64,000 nt of DNA from Polyangiaceae bacterium (GCA_033763455.1 JANRKO010000019.1:96001-160000); one strand, 5' to 3'; positions 42,306 through 51,988 are shown, numbered from the stretch's first letter. Program-made: numbers and translations. Notes: generated by a model not told the origin, from the sequence alone.

Positions 42306-43478
42306 TCAGTTCCCCGGCGGCTGTGGGGTTGTGGCCACTGGCACAGGAGCCGCTCCTGGTTTGGGAGCATACACGCGCTGGTGTTCGGCGTAGGTGCGGC
42401 TGAACGCATGTTTGCCCCCGCCAACTGCAACAAAATATAGATAGTCCGTTTCTGCTGGGCTGAGAACCGCCCGAACAGCGCCGAGCCCAGGGTTGCAAAT
42501 AGGGCCGGGAGGAAGCCCTGGGTGGGCATAAGTATTATACGGATTCAGGCTGTCCCTCAGCATGGCTGGCGTTATCTTGCCTCCAAATCCAACACAACTT
42601 GGGATCGTGGCGCCGAGCAGCCGGCAACCGTAAGCCGCCGTGGGATCGGACTGCAAGGCCTGCCTTGGTTGAAAATTGGGGTCACTCAAGCGGTTGAGAA
42701 AAACTCCTGCTATGAGTGCACGTTCGTCTGCGCGCGCTGCTTCCTTCTCCACAATCGAGGCCAGCGTGAGGATCTCAGATACCCCCATACCAAAGTCATT
42801 TTTCAGGCGGTTGAGGCCATCGGGCTCGCTCTTAAGAACCTCGATCAGACGGCGGCGCGCTTCTTTCACCAACTGGTACAAGACCAACCGAGGGTCACTG
42901 TCTTCCCTAAAATCATAAGTGGCGGGGAACAGAAAGCCCTCGGCGCTTTTCTCCAGTCGGACCTCTTTGAGGGCTTCTGGATCGAAAGCCACCTTTACGA
43001 ACGCCTCCGCGCTACACACATCGTTCGCTTCTAACCGCTCTGCCACTTGCCAGCTATCGAACCCCTCCACGATAGTAACTTTGCGGGATCCGCGCTGCTT
43101 CAGCCGCCCCAAGCGCCTGGTAAGATCGCGCGGCGAAAGTGCGTCGTTGAAAATGTGGGAGCCGGGTTGGATAGGAACGCCGCGGCGCACGATGTCGAGG
43201 TAGAAAGAAAACAACCACGGAGAAGTGATGAGCTGTCGCTCAGCGAACAACTGGGCAACTTGCGTGCTCGAAGGGTTTTCTGGGATCTCCAGAATGACGC
43301 GTTTTCCCGTACCGGGGCCGGATGCGAGGGCCCAGCCAACAAAGGCGGAAACCAAGGCGCCGCCCGCCCCCAAAAGAGCCCCGAACCATAGCCATCCGCT
43401 GCGAGAAGGTCGCCGCCGCGCCCGAGCGCGCACCGAGCGCTTGGCGCGAGGCGCGGGGGTGGGTTTAGGCGAGTTCAT
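42306..43478 (-). CDS. mltG: Endolytic transglycosylase MltG
   Basis: EGFLFPATY, LASIVEKEA, LQSDPT, PYNTY...GLPPGPICNPG, YLYFV. Confidence 0.95.
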   Translation of the reverse strand: MNSPKPTPAPRAKRSVRARARRRPSRSGWLWFGALLGAGGALVSAFVGWALASGPGTGKRVILEIPENPSSTQVAQLFAERQLITSPWLFSFYLDIVRRGVPIQPGSHIFNDALSPRDLTRRLGRLKQRGSRKVTIVEGFDSWQVAERLEANDVCSAEAFVKVAFDPEALKEVRLEKSAEGFLFPATYDFREDSDPRLVLYQLVKEARRRLIEVLKSEPDGLNRLKNDFGMGVSEILTLASIVEKEAARADERALIAGVFLNRLSDPNFQPRQALQSDPTAAYGCRLLGATIPSCVGFGGKITPAMLRDSLNPYNTYAHPGLPPGPICNPGLGAVRAVLSPAETDYLYFVAVGGGKHAFSRTYAEHQRVYAPKPGAAPVPVATTPQPPGN

Positions 43479-43893
43479 CAGCGGGTCTTCGTGAATCTAG
43501 CCAACCTTGAAGCAGAACTGCGGCCGCCGCGCTATCGATGCGGACACGCGATTGCCGGGTGTCGAGGCCTTGCTCGTGCAGGTGCCGTTGGGCCTGGCGC
43601 GTCGTGAGGCGCTCGTCCAGCAGCTCCACGGCTATGCCTGTGAGAGCGTGGAGCTCCGCCGCAAAAACGCGTGCACGCCTCGCTGGGGGCCCTTCGCGTC
43701 CATTCAGGTTGCTGGGGAGCCCAACGACGAACAGGGTGATCTGCTCCTCCTTGGCGAAGCGGGCGAGCGCCCGAAGCAGGCCCGGCCGATTGGCACCTGA
43801 AAGTGCTGGGCGGGGATGCGCCATCAGGCCGAGCTCATCGGCTACCGCGAGGCCCACTCGCACTGTTCCAAGGTCGATCCCGGCCGCTCGCAT
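43465..43893 (-). CDS. ruvX: RuvX/YqgF pre-16S rRNA nuclease
   Basis: GIDLGTVRVGLAVAD, VVGLP, DERLTT, IDSAAAAVLLQ; likely start is ATG 43893, not the ORF-track start. Confidence 0.93.
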   Translation of the reverse strand: MRAAGIDLGTVRVGLAVADELGLMAHPRPALSGANRPGLLRALARFAKEEQITLFVVGLPSNLNGREGPPARRARVFAAELHALTGIAVELLDERLTTRQAQRHLHEQGLDTRQSRVRIDSAAAAVLLQGWLDSRRPADELA

Positions 43894-44011
43894 TTGGCCC
43901 TGCGTCGTATCACGGACCATCGGGAGGTTTGGCACCCAATCTGTAAAGCTTTGCACCCCGGCTTGACCGCGACGAACGGTTACGAGCATAAGCCGGGCAG
44001 GCGCGTTCAGA

Positions 44012-45760
44012 GTGAGCACACACAACCTCAGAAATTTCCTGCGAACGGGTCTGCTTTTCACAGCGTTCTCGCTACTGGCGGGCTCTGTTTCGGCACAGGG
44101 AGGCGGGTTTGGCCCTGGCGGCTTTGGCCCCGGCCAGCCACCGGAGCCCGCGCGCCCCTCCAAGAAGGCGCCCGCAAAGGTCGATCCTAACGTCCCCGAG
44201 ACGCACGCCGCCTCGGGTGCCAGCGATGCACCGCTCGGCACGGGGGCCGAACCTTCATTGCCCGAGCAACCCCTGGAGGTCCCTAAAGCCCTAGCGGCGC
44301 GCATCGGTTCAGATCTCGATCTCGACGATCTCGAACAAGGGCGCGCCACAACGACGGACCGTAATTTTTATGGACTGTATTACGCCGAGCAGAGCGGAGC
44401 CTATTCGCTGAAGCTCGCCTTCCCCGTTTGGATGGAGCGCAAGCAGCCCTCGCGCACACTGGCTAAAGTGGAAGATCGAGCGTCGGTATTCGGCGGCGTG
44501 TATTACAATCGGCGCAGCCACGAGCACGCCGATGACGTGCTTTTTCCCCTCTTTTGGAATCTGCGAAATCCGGCCGAAGGCGAGCGCACCACCATTGTTG
44601 GGCCCTTCGTGAATCGCCGTACGCGGACCGAGAGCGATGATTGGTTGGCGCCCCTCTATTTCACCGGCCAGCGCAAAACCGGCCACTATACGTTAATTCC
44701 GCCGCTCCTCACGTACACTTCCACCAACGCCCAAGGCGGCTTTAACTTGGTGGGGCCGCTCTTCTGCTCGTGGAAAGGTGGCAAGCATTGCGACACGCGC
44801 ACGGCGCAAGATATCGACATGGGCGTGGCCCCATTCTACTTCTACGGCCAGAACGATCGCTCCCAATACGAGCTCATCCCGCCGCTCCTGCATTACTACG
44901 GCTACAACGATCGCACCGGCGATTGGACGAACGTGTGGGGCCCTTACTATCGCGCCCACACCGAAACACGCGAGCTTTTCCACCTATTGCCCATTTATTG
45001 GAGCATCACCGGCAAAGATGAACGGCACACCACCGTGCTCCCGTTCTTTCACTACGGAACCAAGGGAAAATCATCGCTCTTCGTGAACCCGCTGTTTCTC
45101 ACGAGCCACGGTGAAAACGGCGAGAACCTCTTCGCCACCTGGGGCTACGCTCGTTACCGCGGCCGCACGGAGCTCGATATGATAACGCCTCTTTATTGGG
45201 ATTATCGAGATCCAGATACCCACTTTAGCCAGAAGCTATTGTTCCCGTTTTTCCTGTCTCGACAGGGCCCACGTGAATCCACGACAGTGCTCTTTCCGTT
45301 CTTTGGCAAGAGCGAGCGCTTCGGCATCAGCAACCAAACCTGGATCACACCGTTCTTTCAGCACACTACGGATTTGCGCGGCTGGAGCACGAATCTTCAC
45401 CCGATCTTCTACGCGGGGCGAAACGGCAACGATTCACACCTTGTGATCGCGCCTTTCCTCTGGGATTTCGCTTCTCCTGAGTCGCGCTCTACCGTCGGCT
45501 TCCCCTTCTTCTGGCGCTTCACTGACCGCAAGGAGACCTCGCAGCTGGTCGGTAACGTCTATTATCACGAGAAGTACACAAGCGCAGGTTCGGACTGGCA
45601 GATCCATGTGTTCCCTGCTTTCTCGTACGGCGAGAGCCCCGACGGGCACTTCTGGAATATTTTGTACGGGCTGGCCGGCTACACGCGCGAAGGCCGTCGC
45701 ACCGAAATGCGGACGCTCTGGATCCCGATCCCTTTGAGTTCAGGCCTGAAGCAGCAATAA
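44012..45760 (+). CDS. Secreted protein with about 20 aromatic Pro-turn beta-hairpin repeats
   Basis: Signal peptide (VSA-Q); recurring hh-P-h-aromatic motifs (VLFPLFW, LIPPLLHYY, VGFPFFW) spaced roughly 18-20 aa. Confidence 0.8.
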   Translation: MSTHNLRNFLRTGLLFTAFSLLAGSVSAQGGGFGPGGFGPGQPPEPARPSKKAPAKVDPNVPETHAASGASDAPLGTGAEPSLPEQPLEVPKALAARIGSDLDLDDLEQGRATTTDRNFYGLYYAEQSGAYSLKLAFPVWMERKQPSRTLAKVEDRASVFGGVYYNRRSHEHADDVLFPLFWNLRNPAEGERTTIVGPFVNRRTRTESDDWLAPLYFTGQRKTGHYTLIPPLLTYTSTNAQGGFNLVGPLFCSWKGGKHCDTRTAQDIDMGVAPFYFYGQNDRSQYELIPPLLHYYGYNDRTGDWTNVWGPYYRAHTETRELFHLLPIYWSITGKDERHTTVLPFFHYGTKGKSSLFVNPLFLTSHGENGENLFATWGYARYRGRTELDMITPLYWDYRDPDTHFSQKLLFPFFLSRQGPRESTTVLFPFFGKSERFGISNQTWITPFFQHTTDLRGWSTNLHPIFYAGRNGNDSHLVIAPFLWDFASPESRSTVGFPFFWRFTDRKETSQLVGNVYYHEKYTSAGSDWQIHVFPAFSYGESPDGHFWNILYGLAGYTREGRRTEMRTLWIPIPLSSGLKQQ

Positions 45761-45800
45761 CGCGTCGCTTTGGCCCGGCGAAGCGAAGGATGTTACGCTT

Positions 45801-46856
45801 TTGGGCGTGACCAAACATCAAGTTGTTGTGATGGGGGCTTCAGGGTTTGCTGGGGCGGAGCTGCTGCGGCGCTTGCTCTCACATCCGCATTTCGAAATCC
45901 TAAGAGTTTGCGCGACGGATCACGTGGGAATGCCCGTCAGTTCGGCGCACCCACATCTGGAGGGATTGAGTGAGCTTCGGTTCGAAAATCCACCCATCGA
46001 AAGCGCGATTGCCGGCGCCGACGTAGTCTTAATGGGCCTGCCGCACGACGTGAGCGTGAAGCTGGTGCGGGCGGTGCAAGATCCTAAGGTTCGGATTTTA
46101 GATCTCTCGGGTGCCTTTCGTTTGCGCGACCTCGTGCATTATCAACGGTTCTATGGCGAGGCCCACCCTGCCCCCGAGCTTCTGCCAGATTTCGTTTACG
46201 GCTTGCCTGAGCTCAATCGCGACAAGATCCGCGGCGCTTCGCGACTGGCCTCACCAGGATGCTTCGCTACGACCATTCAGCTGAGCCTGCTTCCGTTAGC
46301 CAAGGCGGGCTGGCTTTCGGGCACTGTCTCGACGGTGGCGGCCACGGGCTCAAGCGGAAGTGGAGCGAATGCCTCACCCGGTACGCATCACCCGGTGCGC
46401 GCGCAAAACCTTAAAACCTATCGACCCCTTCTGCACCAACACGCTCCCGAAATTGTGCGAACGCTGACGGACGCCGGAGCGCGCGATCTTTCCCTGGATT
46501 TTGTGCCCATTTCGGCGCCCCTCACGCGTGGCATTTTTGCCACTTCACTCGTCGATATACCCGGCAAAATAACGGAAGAAGAGCTCACCCGCTGCTACGC
46601 AGAAGCCTTCAGCGGCGAGCCTTTTGTGCGGATCCCGAAGCAACGCTTGCCTGAAGTGGTGGCGGTGAGCCACTCCAATTATGCGGAGGTGGGGTTCACC
46701 TGGGGGGAGCTGCGCGGCAATCTTCGACGGATTGCAGTCTTTGGGGCGCTTGATAACCTCATCAAGGGCGGAGCGGGCCAGGCAATTCAGAATCTTAATT
46801 TGATGTTTGGGTTGGATGAAAGACTCACCTTGATGGATCCCGGCGGCTACCCGTAA
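45801..46856 (+). CDS. argC: N-acetyl-gamma-glutamyl-phosphate reductase
   Basis: GASGFAGAELLR, DLSGAFR, VYGLPEL, SPGCFAT, DNLIKGGAGQAIQN. Confidence 0.95.
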   Translation: MGVTKHQVVVMGASGFAGAELLRRLLSHPHFEILRVCATDHVGMPVSSAHPHLEGLSELRFENPPIESAIAGADVVLMGLPHDVSVKLVRAVQDPKVRILDLSGAFRLRDLVHYQRFYGEAHPAPELLPDFVYGLPELNRDKIRGASRLASPGCFATTIQLSLLPLAKAGWLSGTVSTVAATGSSGSGANASPGTHHPVRAQNLKTYRPLLHQHAPEIVRTLTDAGARDLSLDFVPISAPLTRGIFATSLVDIPGKITEEELTRCYAEAFSGEPFVRIPKQRLPEVVAVSHSNYAEVGFTWGELRGNLRRIAVFGALDNLIKGGAGQAIQNLNLMFGLDERLTLMDPGGYP

Positions 46857-47167
46857 GCTCCCGCGTTCGCACACACACACAGCCCCGACCGTCTGCTCAC
46901 TTATGTCGTTCGCCGCGAGCACCCCCGGCTGGCCGGCGGCGCAGCCACGGGTTGAACTCGCTGGGTGTTGGGTACACCGGAGAGCGAGTTCAAACATAGT
47001 AACTTGTTACGTGTTCTCACTTTGTGCTTGACGACTAACTAAAGGGGTGCTGGGGTAGGCCGCTGAAAGGAGAGGGCGGGATGCCCTCGGCGGCTAACGT
47101 CATTGTTGCTTGGGGAGGGCCTGAGCAGGGTGGGGCTAGACACGTAATTAAATCAGGAAGAAAATCA

Positions 47168-49090
47168 ATGAAGAAGTCACATTTGCACATATTGACGGCG
47201 GGCTCCGCCACATTCGGCCTATTTCTCTCCGCTTGCTCAGCCGATCCTGCGCCAAACGAGGTCGTTGCTACTCAGAGCGCCCAGCTCAATGTGAAGATAG
47301 GCCCCGTGGTCCCCGATGACGCCACTGAGTTCTCCGCTGAGGTAAGTGTCGGCGCCGACGGAAATATCGAGAGCCGAAAGGTAACGCTCGAGGGTGACGT
47401 AACGTTGGTTCCCTTCGACGCGAGGACTTTACCAGCGAAGGCGGCCGAGCCGGTAGTTAAGCCCCCAAAGATCCACCCAAGCCTTGCAGCCAAGTTGCGC
47501 CCCGCGGACCCCGCAGCCTACACGGACGTGATAATCTCTGTTTCCCACAACGCGCCGTTTCCGCGCCTCACGCGGGTGCTTCGCACCGAATCCCGCACGT
47601 CCGCTGAGAACTTGCGGCGTTTTGCGATGCGTGACGCCGAAACTGTCGCCGTGGAACGCCTGCGCAAGCCATTTCGCGACGCGGTGGCCCAGCGTGCCCG
47701 AGAGCTGGGGGCTACGGTCACCGAGGAGTACACGATGGGAAATGGCATGGCGATGCGCATCCCTGACTCTGCCGTGGCAACGCTGGCCACGGTTCCGAAC
47801 GTTCTAAATATCAGTTTGCAGCACGACGGCACGCCTCCGCCCGCTACGATTTCAGATGGCACGAGCTTGGCCACGGGGATGAACTCCGATTACTGGCGGA
47901 CATGGATGGCTGGGAATACTGCCTCCCTCTCCGCGGCGCTCCTTGATAGCGGTGTGCGGAGCTCCCACACGGTCTTTAATTCACCTGATGGAGGTCGCCT
48001 CGGAAGGGCGTACGACTGCTATATTGGGAACGGGGTGTGCGACAACGACCCCCCGAATCCTCTATACCATACGCAGGGGTACTACAATGGTCACGGAACC
48101 GCCGCCGCTAGCATCATATTGGGCGGGAAGTCGTCCCAACTATCCTTCGGTCTCCCGTTTAGAGGCGTTAGCAAGGTGGACCTTGAATACTACAACATCT
48201 ACAACTTCTTTGGCCTCCTGGAGGCCGGCGCCGTTCCAAAAGCATTCATGCGAGCTCAGATGAACGCCGTGGACATCGTGATTGCAGAGGTCCAGGCGCT
48301 CCAGCCCTTCGACGGCCTGATTTCGAGGGCGGCTGACGACGCGTTCGACCAGGGTATCATGGTGATTGCCGCCTGCGGCAACCGTGGCTCAGTTCAAGAA
48401 CCCGCGGCGCCTGGCAACGCTCACAAGGCCCTCTCCATCGGGGACTACAATGCCCTCACCGGCGTGACCGCATACCAGAAATCAGGACTAACGGCGGACT
48501 ATCGGATAAAGCCCGACCTCCAAGCACCCACGAAAGTGGATACCGCCTGGAACGGATCTGACACGGCCATGTATGCCGGCTTCGACGGCACCAGTGGGGC
48601 GACCGCTTTTGCAGGTGGAGCAGCCGCAATCATGTACCACTGGTACAACCATGCCTTCGGCCTGTCGAATCGTCCTGGCAATGTCTATAGTGCGCTCCTC
48701 GCGCAGGGCGATAGCGGTACACTCGGATGGGATAACGGAGTGGGGAGGCTGAAATTGGTGAGTGCTTCACAATGGTTTACAGGAACCAGAACGGTGAGCA
48801 GCTCCGCTGCGATGGATGTCCCCTTCAGCATACCGGCGAACCGCAAGGACTTGAAGCTAGCCTTGTGGTGGCCAGAAAATGTGGCCGATGGCCACAACGA
48901 CATCGACCTTTATGTTTACAACCCGAGTGGCACTCTTATCTTGCAGAGCACATTGGGAGGAAGCGTTTGGGAGCACGCGATATTGAATGGCAACCTGGCG
49001 GCAGGGACCTACAATATGCGCTTGCTCCCTTACTCTATGAAGCGCTCGACGCAGCTTGTTTACTATACTATTGTGGTAAGGCAGATCTGA
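47168..49090 (+). CDS. S8 (subtilisin-family) serine peptidase lipoprotein with C-terminal PPC-like domain
   Basis: LSAC lipobox; triad LLDSGV / GHGTAAA / GTSGA; oxyanion AACGN; KPDLQAP; DIDLYVYNPSG. Confidence 0.92.
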   Translation: MKKSHLHILTAGSATFGLFLSACSADPAPNEVVATQSAQLNVKIGPVVPDDATEFSAEVSVGADGNIESRKVTLEGDVTLVPFDARTLPAKAAEPVVKPPKIHPSLAAKLRPADPAAYTDVIISVSHNAPFPRLTRVLRTESRTSAENLRRFAMRDAETVAVERLRKPFRDAVAQRARELGATVTEEYTMGNGMAMRIPDSAVATLATVPNVLNISLQHDGTPPPATISDGTSLATGMNSDYWRTWMAGNTASLSAALLDSGVRSSHTVFNSPDGGRLGRAYDCYIGNGVCDNDPPNPLYHTQGYYNGHGTAAASIILGGKSSQLSFGLPFRGVSKVDLEYYNIYNFFGLLEAGAVPKAFMRAQMNAVDIVIAEVQALQPFDGLISRAADDAFDQGIMVIAACGNRGSVQEPAAPGNAHKALSIGDYNALTGVTAYQKSGLTADYRIKPDLQAPTKVDTAWNGSDTAMYAGFDGTSGATAFAGGAAAIMYHWYNHAFGLSNRPGNVYSALLAQGDSGTLGWDNGVGRLKLVSASQWFTGTRTVSSSAAMDVPFSIPANRKDLKLALWWPENVADGHNDIDLYVYNPSGTLILQSTLGGSVWEHAILNGNLAAGTYNMRLLPYSMKRSTQLVYYTIVVRQI

Positions 49091-49116
49091 GCGACGGCGG
49101 CCTGAGGGCACATGCC

Positions 49117-50646
49117 ATGAGAAAATCATCGGGACCTCACACAGCTTTTGCCACCCGCACCGCGCATGGCGGCCTCCGTAGTGTCCTCATACTCATCCTG
49201 ATACTCATCCTGCCGGCGGTGGTGCTCGTCAGCTGCGGTCGCGCTAACGATGTTCCTCAGATGAGTGGCAGCGGCAGCCCGGTTTCCAACGGACCCCCCG
49301 TTGCCGATCTCGTGATCGACCCTGACACCTGCCCGGCCGAGGCCCCCGAGCTCAGCGAAGCGAAGCTATCCATCTCATTCGAGGCGTACCTGCGCACGCA
49401 CCCTGATCTCACTCATTCGATCGCCGTGAAGCTTCGAGAGCCTCGCTTCACCCCCCCTCCCTGCGACGGCGATACCAGTGACACGGTGCGCTGCGCCGCG
49501 CGGGATGAAGCCTTGCTGCAGCGTCAGGTTCTCAACCAAAAAGCCTTGGAATGTGTTTTCGAATCTTTTGGCCCTCCGGGATCCTTAAAGCAGCCATTGG
49601 CGCTGTGGTACGAGGCACCTCGAAAGTTAGAGAGTGGTCTACCCGTGCCCATCGGAGTTGCATTTTCGGCTTTGGCGTCCTGGTCACAAGTTGAGGTGGT
49701 GGCGAGACACCCTTACGTAGAACGCATTGAGCCCGCCTTTCGGACAGCAGCGGAGTTTCAGGTTGAAGCTCCCAAGATCCCGCTAGAGTGCCCAGCTGCA
49801 GTTGAGGCCTCGGCCGCGAAGCTCACAGAGGCAAGGTCAATTCAAGGTCAGGGTCGTCGCCCTGTCGTAGTGGAGCTAAAGTTGGAGCTCCTGCCTGAGC
49901 TGCAGCTCTGCGGATCGGAGGCTCTTTGCGACGCTGCGCTCAGCTCCGGCTACGAGCTTACGATCCTTGGCCGGCGCATGCTTACCTGCGTTCAAACATT
50001 CATCGATTCGAAGCTTCAAGCGCCAGCCTCGCGCGTAGCCTATGATGGAGCTACGGGCAATCCGATGGTCAGCATGCCACCATTTGGGGACCCTGTGCAT
50101 GCCGTGACAGCCTTCGGTTTGGCACTGACCTGGGAAGAAGTGCAGGAAATCGCCAAACACCCCTTCATCCATAAGATTTGGACGAGCGATGGCATCCAAG
50201 TAGATGCACCCCCTGAGGGGTGCCCACCGAAGTATGACGAGCCAGTTGCCCTGCCCGTCTGCCCCGCTACGACTGAGTCCGTTAGCGGGAAATTTAGGCC
50301 GGAGGAAGAAGCGCTCTGGAAGGCCACACCGGGCCCGCACGAGGTGATGATTTCCGTTGCACGGAGCGCACCGGTATGCCCACGCCCCGACTGCCCAGGC
50401 TCTGGCATACTTTCCTGCCCTGAGTACATACAGTATAGTGATCGACTCGACGCAGAGACGGTTGCTTCGCAAACCTGCGTGCGCGCGCTACTCGAAATGA
50501 TTGGCGGGGAGGAGCGGGTTGGCGTGTTTCCGCGGAGTACCCCGGGCATTCTTGCCCTGCTGACCTGGGCTCAAATTCAGGCAGTCGCGGCTCATCCACA
50601 TGTCCTGGGTATCAGTTCCACGAAACTGGGAACGCCACCGCCCTGA
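49117..50646 (+). CDS. Lipoprotein with three I9-propeptide-like repeats
   Basis: ATG 49117; LVSC lipobox; three modules ending SWSQVEVVARHPYVERI, TWEEVQEIAKHPFIHKI, TWAQIQAVAAHPHVLGI. Confidence 0.75.
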   Translation: MRKSSGPHTAFATRTAHGGLRSVLILILILILPAVVLVSCGRANDVPQMSGSGSPVSNGPPVADLVIDPDTCPAEAPELSEAKLSISFEAYLRTHPDLTHSIAVKLREPRFTPPPCDGDTSDTVRCAARDEALLQRQVLNQKALECVFESFGPPGSLKQPLALWYEAPRKLESGLPVPIGVAFSALASWSQVEVVARHPYVERIEPAFRTAAEFQVEAPKIPLECPAAVEASAAKLTEARSIQGQGRRPVVVELKLELLPELQLCGSEALCDAALSSGYELTILGRRMLTCVQTFIDSKLQAPASRVAYDGATGNPMVSMPPFGDPVHAVTAFGLALTWEEVQEIAKHPFIHKIWTSDGIQVDAPPEGCPPKYDEPVALPVCPATTESVSGKFRPEEEALWKATPGPHEVMISVARSAPVCPRPDCPGSGILSCPEYIQYSDRLDAETVASQTCVRALLEMIGGEERVGVFPRSTPGILALLTWAQIQAVAAHPHVLGISSTKLGTPPP

Positions 50647-50719
50647 GGGCCGCGTTCGAGCGACCCGACGCAGGATCGTCCCGACACACTTCGCAGGTCG
50701 ACGAAAGGGGGGCCTTCGC

Positions 50720-51163
50720 TCGTATCACCACGCAGCTCTAGATTAACCCGTTCACGAAAGGCGTACCTTCCAACATTGCTCAGCGGAAGGCGGTGTGATA
50801 GCAGGTAGGACAGCTGATTAAGCACAAGCGCTCTGAAACGGGAGAATCCCCTCCGGTCGCGGTCTGTCTGGCATCGTCTTAGATTAACTACTGGCAAACT
50901 TCTGCTATTCCGGTAATCCCCAATGGGGCTCGTTTTTTGGATTGGACATCCGTAGTAGTCGCCGCCACTTCCAACTTGTTTTCCCGAATTCCAAAAACGA
51001 GCTGCTGCCCCGGCTTTTCAGGTCGCAACCCCTCCGTTGCAGCGCGGAGCTGCCGCTTCATGCGGCAGCCGGGGTGGGCATCCAACCAATTCGGTGACGC
51101 CCTCTTCCAACAACTAGGATGGAGCAATTTCGATCGCTTACACACCAGGGGCGTTATCACCGG
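50720..51163 (-). ncRNA. Candidate large structured non-coding RNA of unknown class
   Basis: Several long complementary arms, G-U pairs that work only on the minus strand, repeated GUUGGAAG and GUUAAUCUA motifs, TACACT -10-like box upstream, no protein-like ORF. Confidence 0.55.
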
Positions 51164-51230
51164 ATCAGAGTGTACGGATGCGTTCCGGTGCTTTGCGATC
51201 CCGGCGGTTACCGGTAAGCTCCCCGCTCGT

Positions 51231-51950
51231 ATGCCTCAAGCACAAGCTTCCGAAACATGGGTGGTGCACCCACACGATCCGATTGAAAAGCTCGAATCGA
51301 ACCTCTGGCGTGTGGAAGGCAGCCTGCCGAACATGCCCCTTCGCCGCGTAATGACAGTAGCGCGGTTGGCCTCGGGTGGCCTGGTGGTCTACAACGCGAT
51401 CGCCCTTGAAGAAGCAGCTATGCAAGAGGTCGACGCCTGGGGCAAGGTGGAATACATCATAGTGCCGAATGCTTGGCACAAGTTGGACGCGAAGCGCTTT
51501 GCCGAGCGTTATCCCAACGCCAAAGTGATCGCACCGGCGAGCGGCCGCGAGAAGGTGGTGGCCGTTGTTGCAAGAGCAGCCGGGCCTGAGCAGCTGCCAG
51601 AGAACGCGGATATCGTGATTCAGGAATTCGGTGGCACCCGCGAACGCGAGCTTTACATGACGGTTCGTTCTGGAAGCGGGATTTCGCTCATTGTGGCCGA
51701 TGCTTTGTTCAACATGCCGCACCTTACGGGGGTGCAGGGCTTCCTGCTGCGGCACATCACGCGTTCCAGCGGCGGCCCCGTGGTATCGCGCGTGAGCCGG
51801 GCCATCCTAGTGAAGGATAAGAAGGCTTATGCTGAACAACTTCGGAGCCTAGCCACCCCTGATCTGCGACGGGTGATTGTGGCGCACCATCAGGTGATCT
51901 CCGAGAGCCCAGCCGAAACGCTGCGCCAGGTGGCCAGTACGGTTGGTTGA
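51231..51950 (+). CDS. DUF4336-like (MBL-fold-related) protein
   Basis: RVMTVARLASGGLVVYNAI, IIVPNAWHKLD, LIVADALFN, RVIVAH; start ATG 51231. Confidence 0.78.
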   Translation: MPQAQASETWVVHPHDPIEKLESNLWRVEGSLPNMPLRRVMTVARLASGGLVVYNAIALEEAAMQEVDAWGKVEYIIVPNAWHKLDAKRFAERYPNAKVIAPASGREKVVAVVARAAGPEQLPENADIVIQEFGGTRERELYMTVRSGSGISLIVADALFNMPHLTGVQGFLLRHITRSSGGPVVSRVSRAILVKDKKAYAEQLRSLATPDLRRVIVAHHQVISESPAETLRQVASTVG

Positions 51951-51988
51951 GGGCCTGGAGCGCACAGGATCAGGTGGGGCGATTACCT

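Noticed and set aside
43929..43946. Sigma54 promoter (TGGCAC-N5-CTGT)
   Set aside because: The -12 element lacks the required GC. Another TGGCAC near 18189 also fails the spacing.
48772..49116. N-terminal extension of the 624-aa ORF overlapping the S8 gene
   Set aside because: It overlaps the protease C-terminus, and the signal peptide and lipobox follow ATG 49117. The ORF-track starts for groEL, ruvX, kdpE, thiS and the DUF4336-like gene were trimmed for similar reasons.
50720..51163. tmRNA, RNase P RNA, group I/II intron or retron msr-msd identity for the structured region
   Set aside because: No tRNA-like ends or tag ORF, no GAGGAAAGUCC, no GUGCG or domain V, no interrupted host gene and no RT. 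The resemblance of AAUUCGGGAA and GACUA to group I P/R elements is partial and lacks Q and S.
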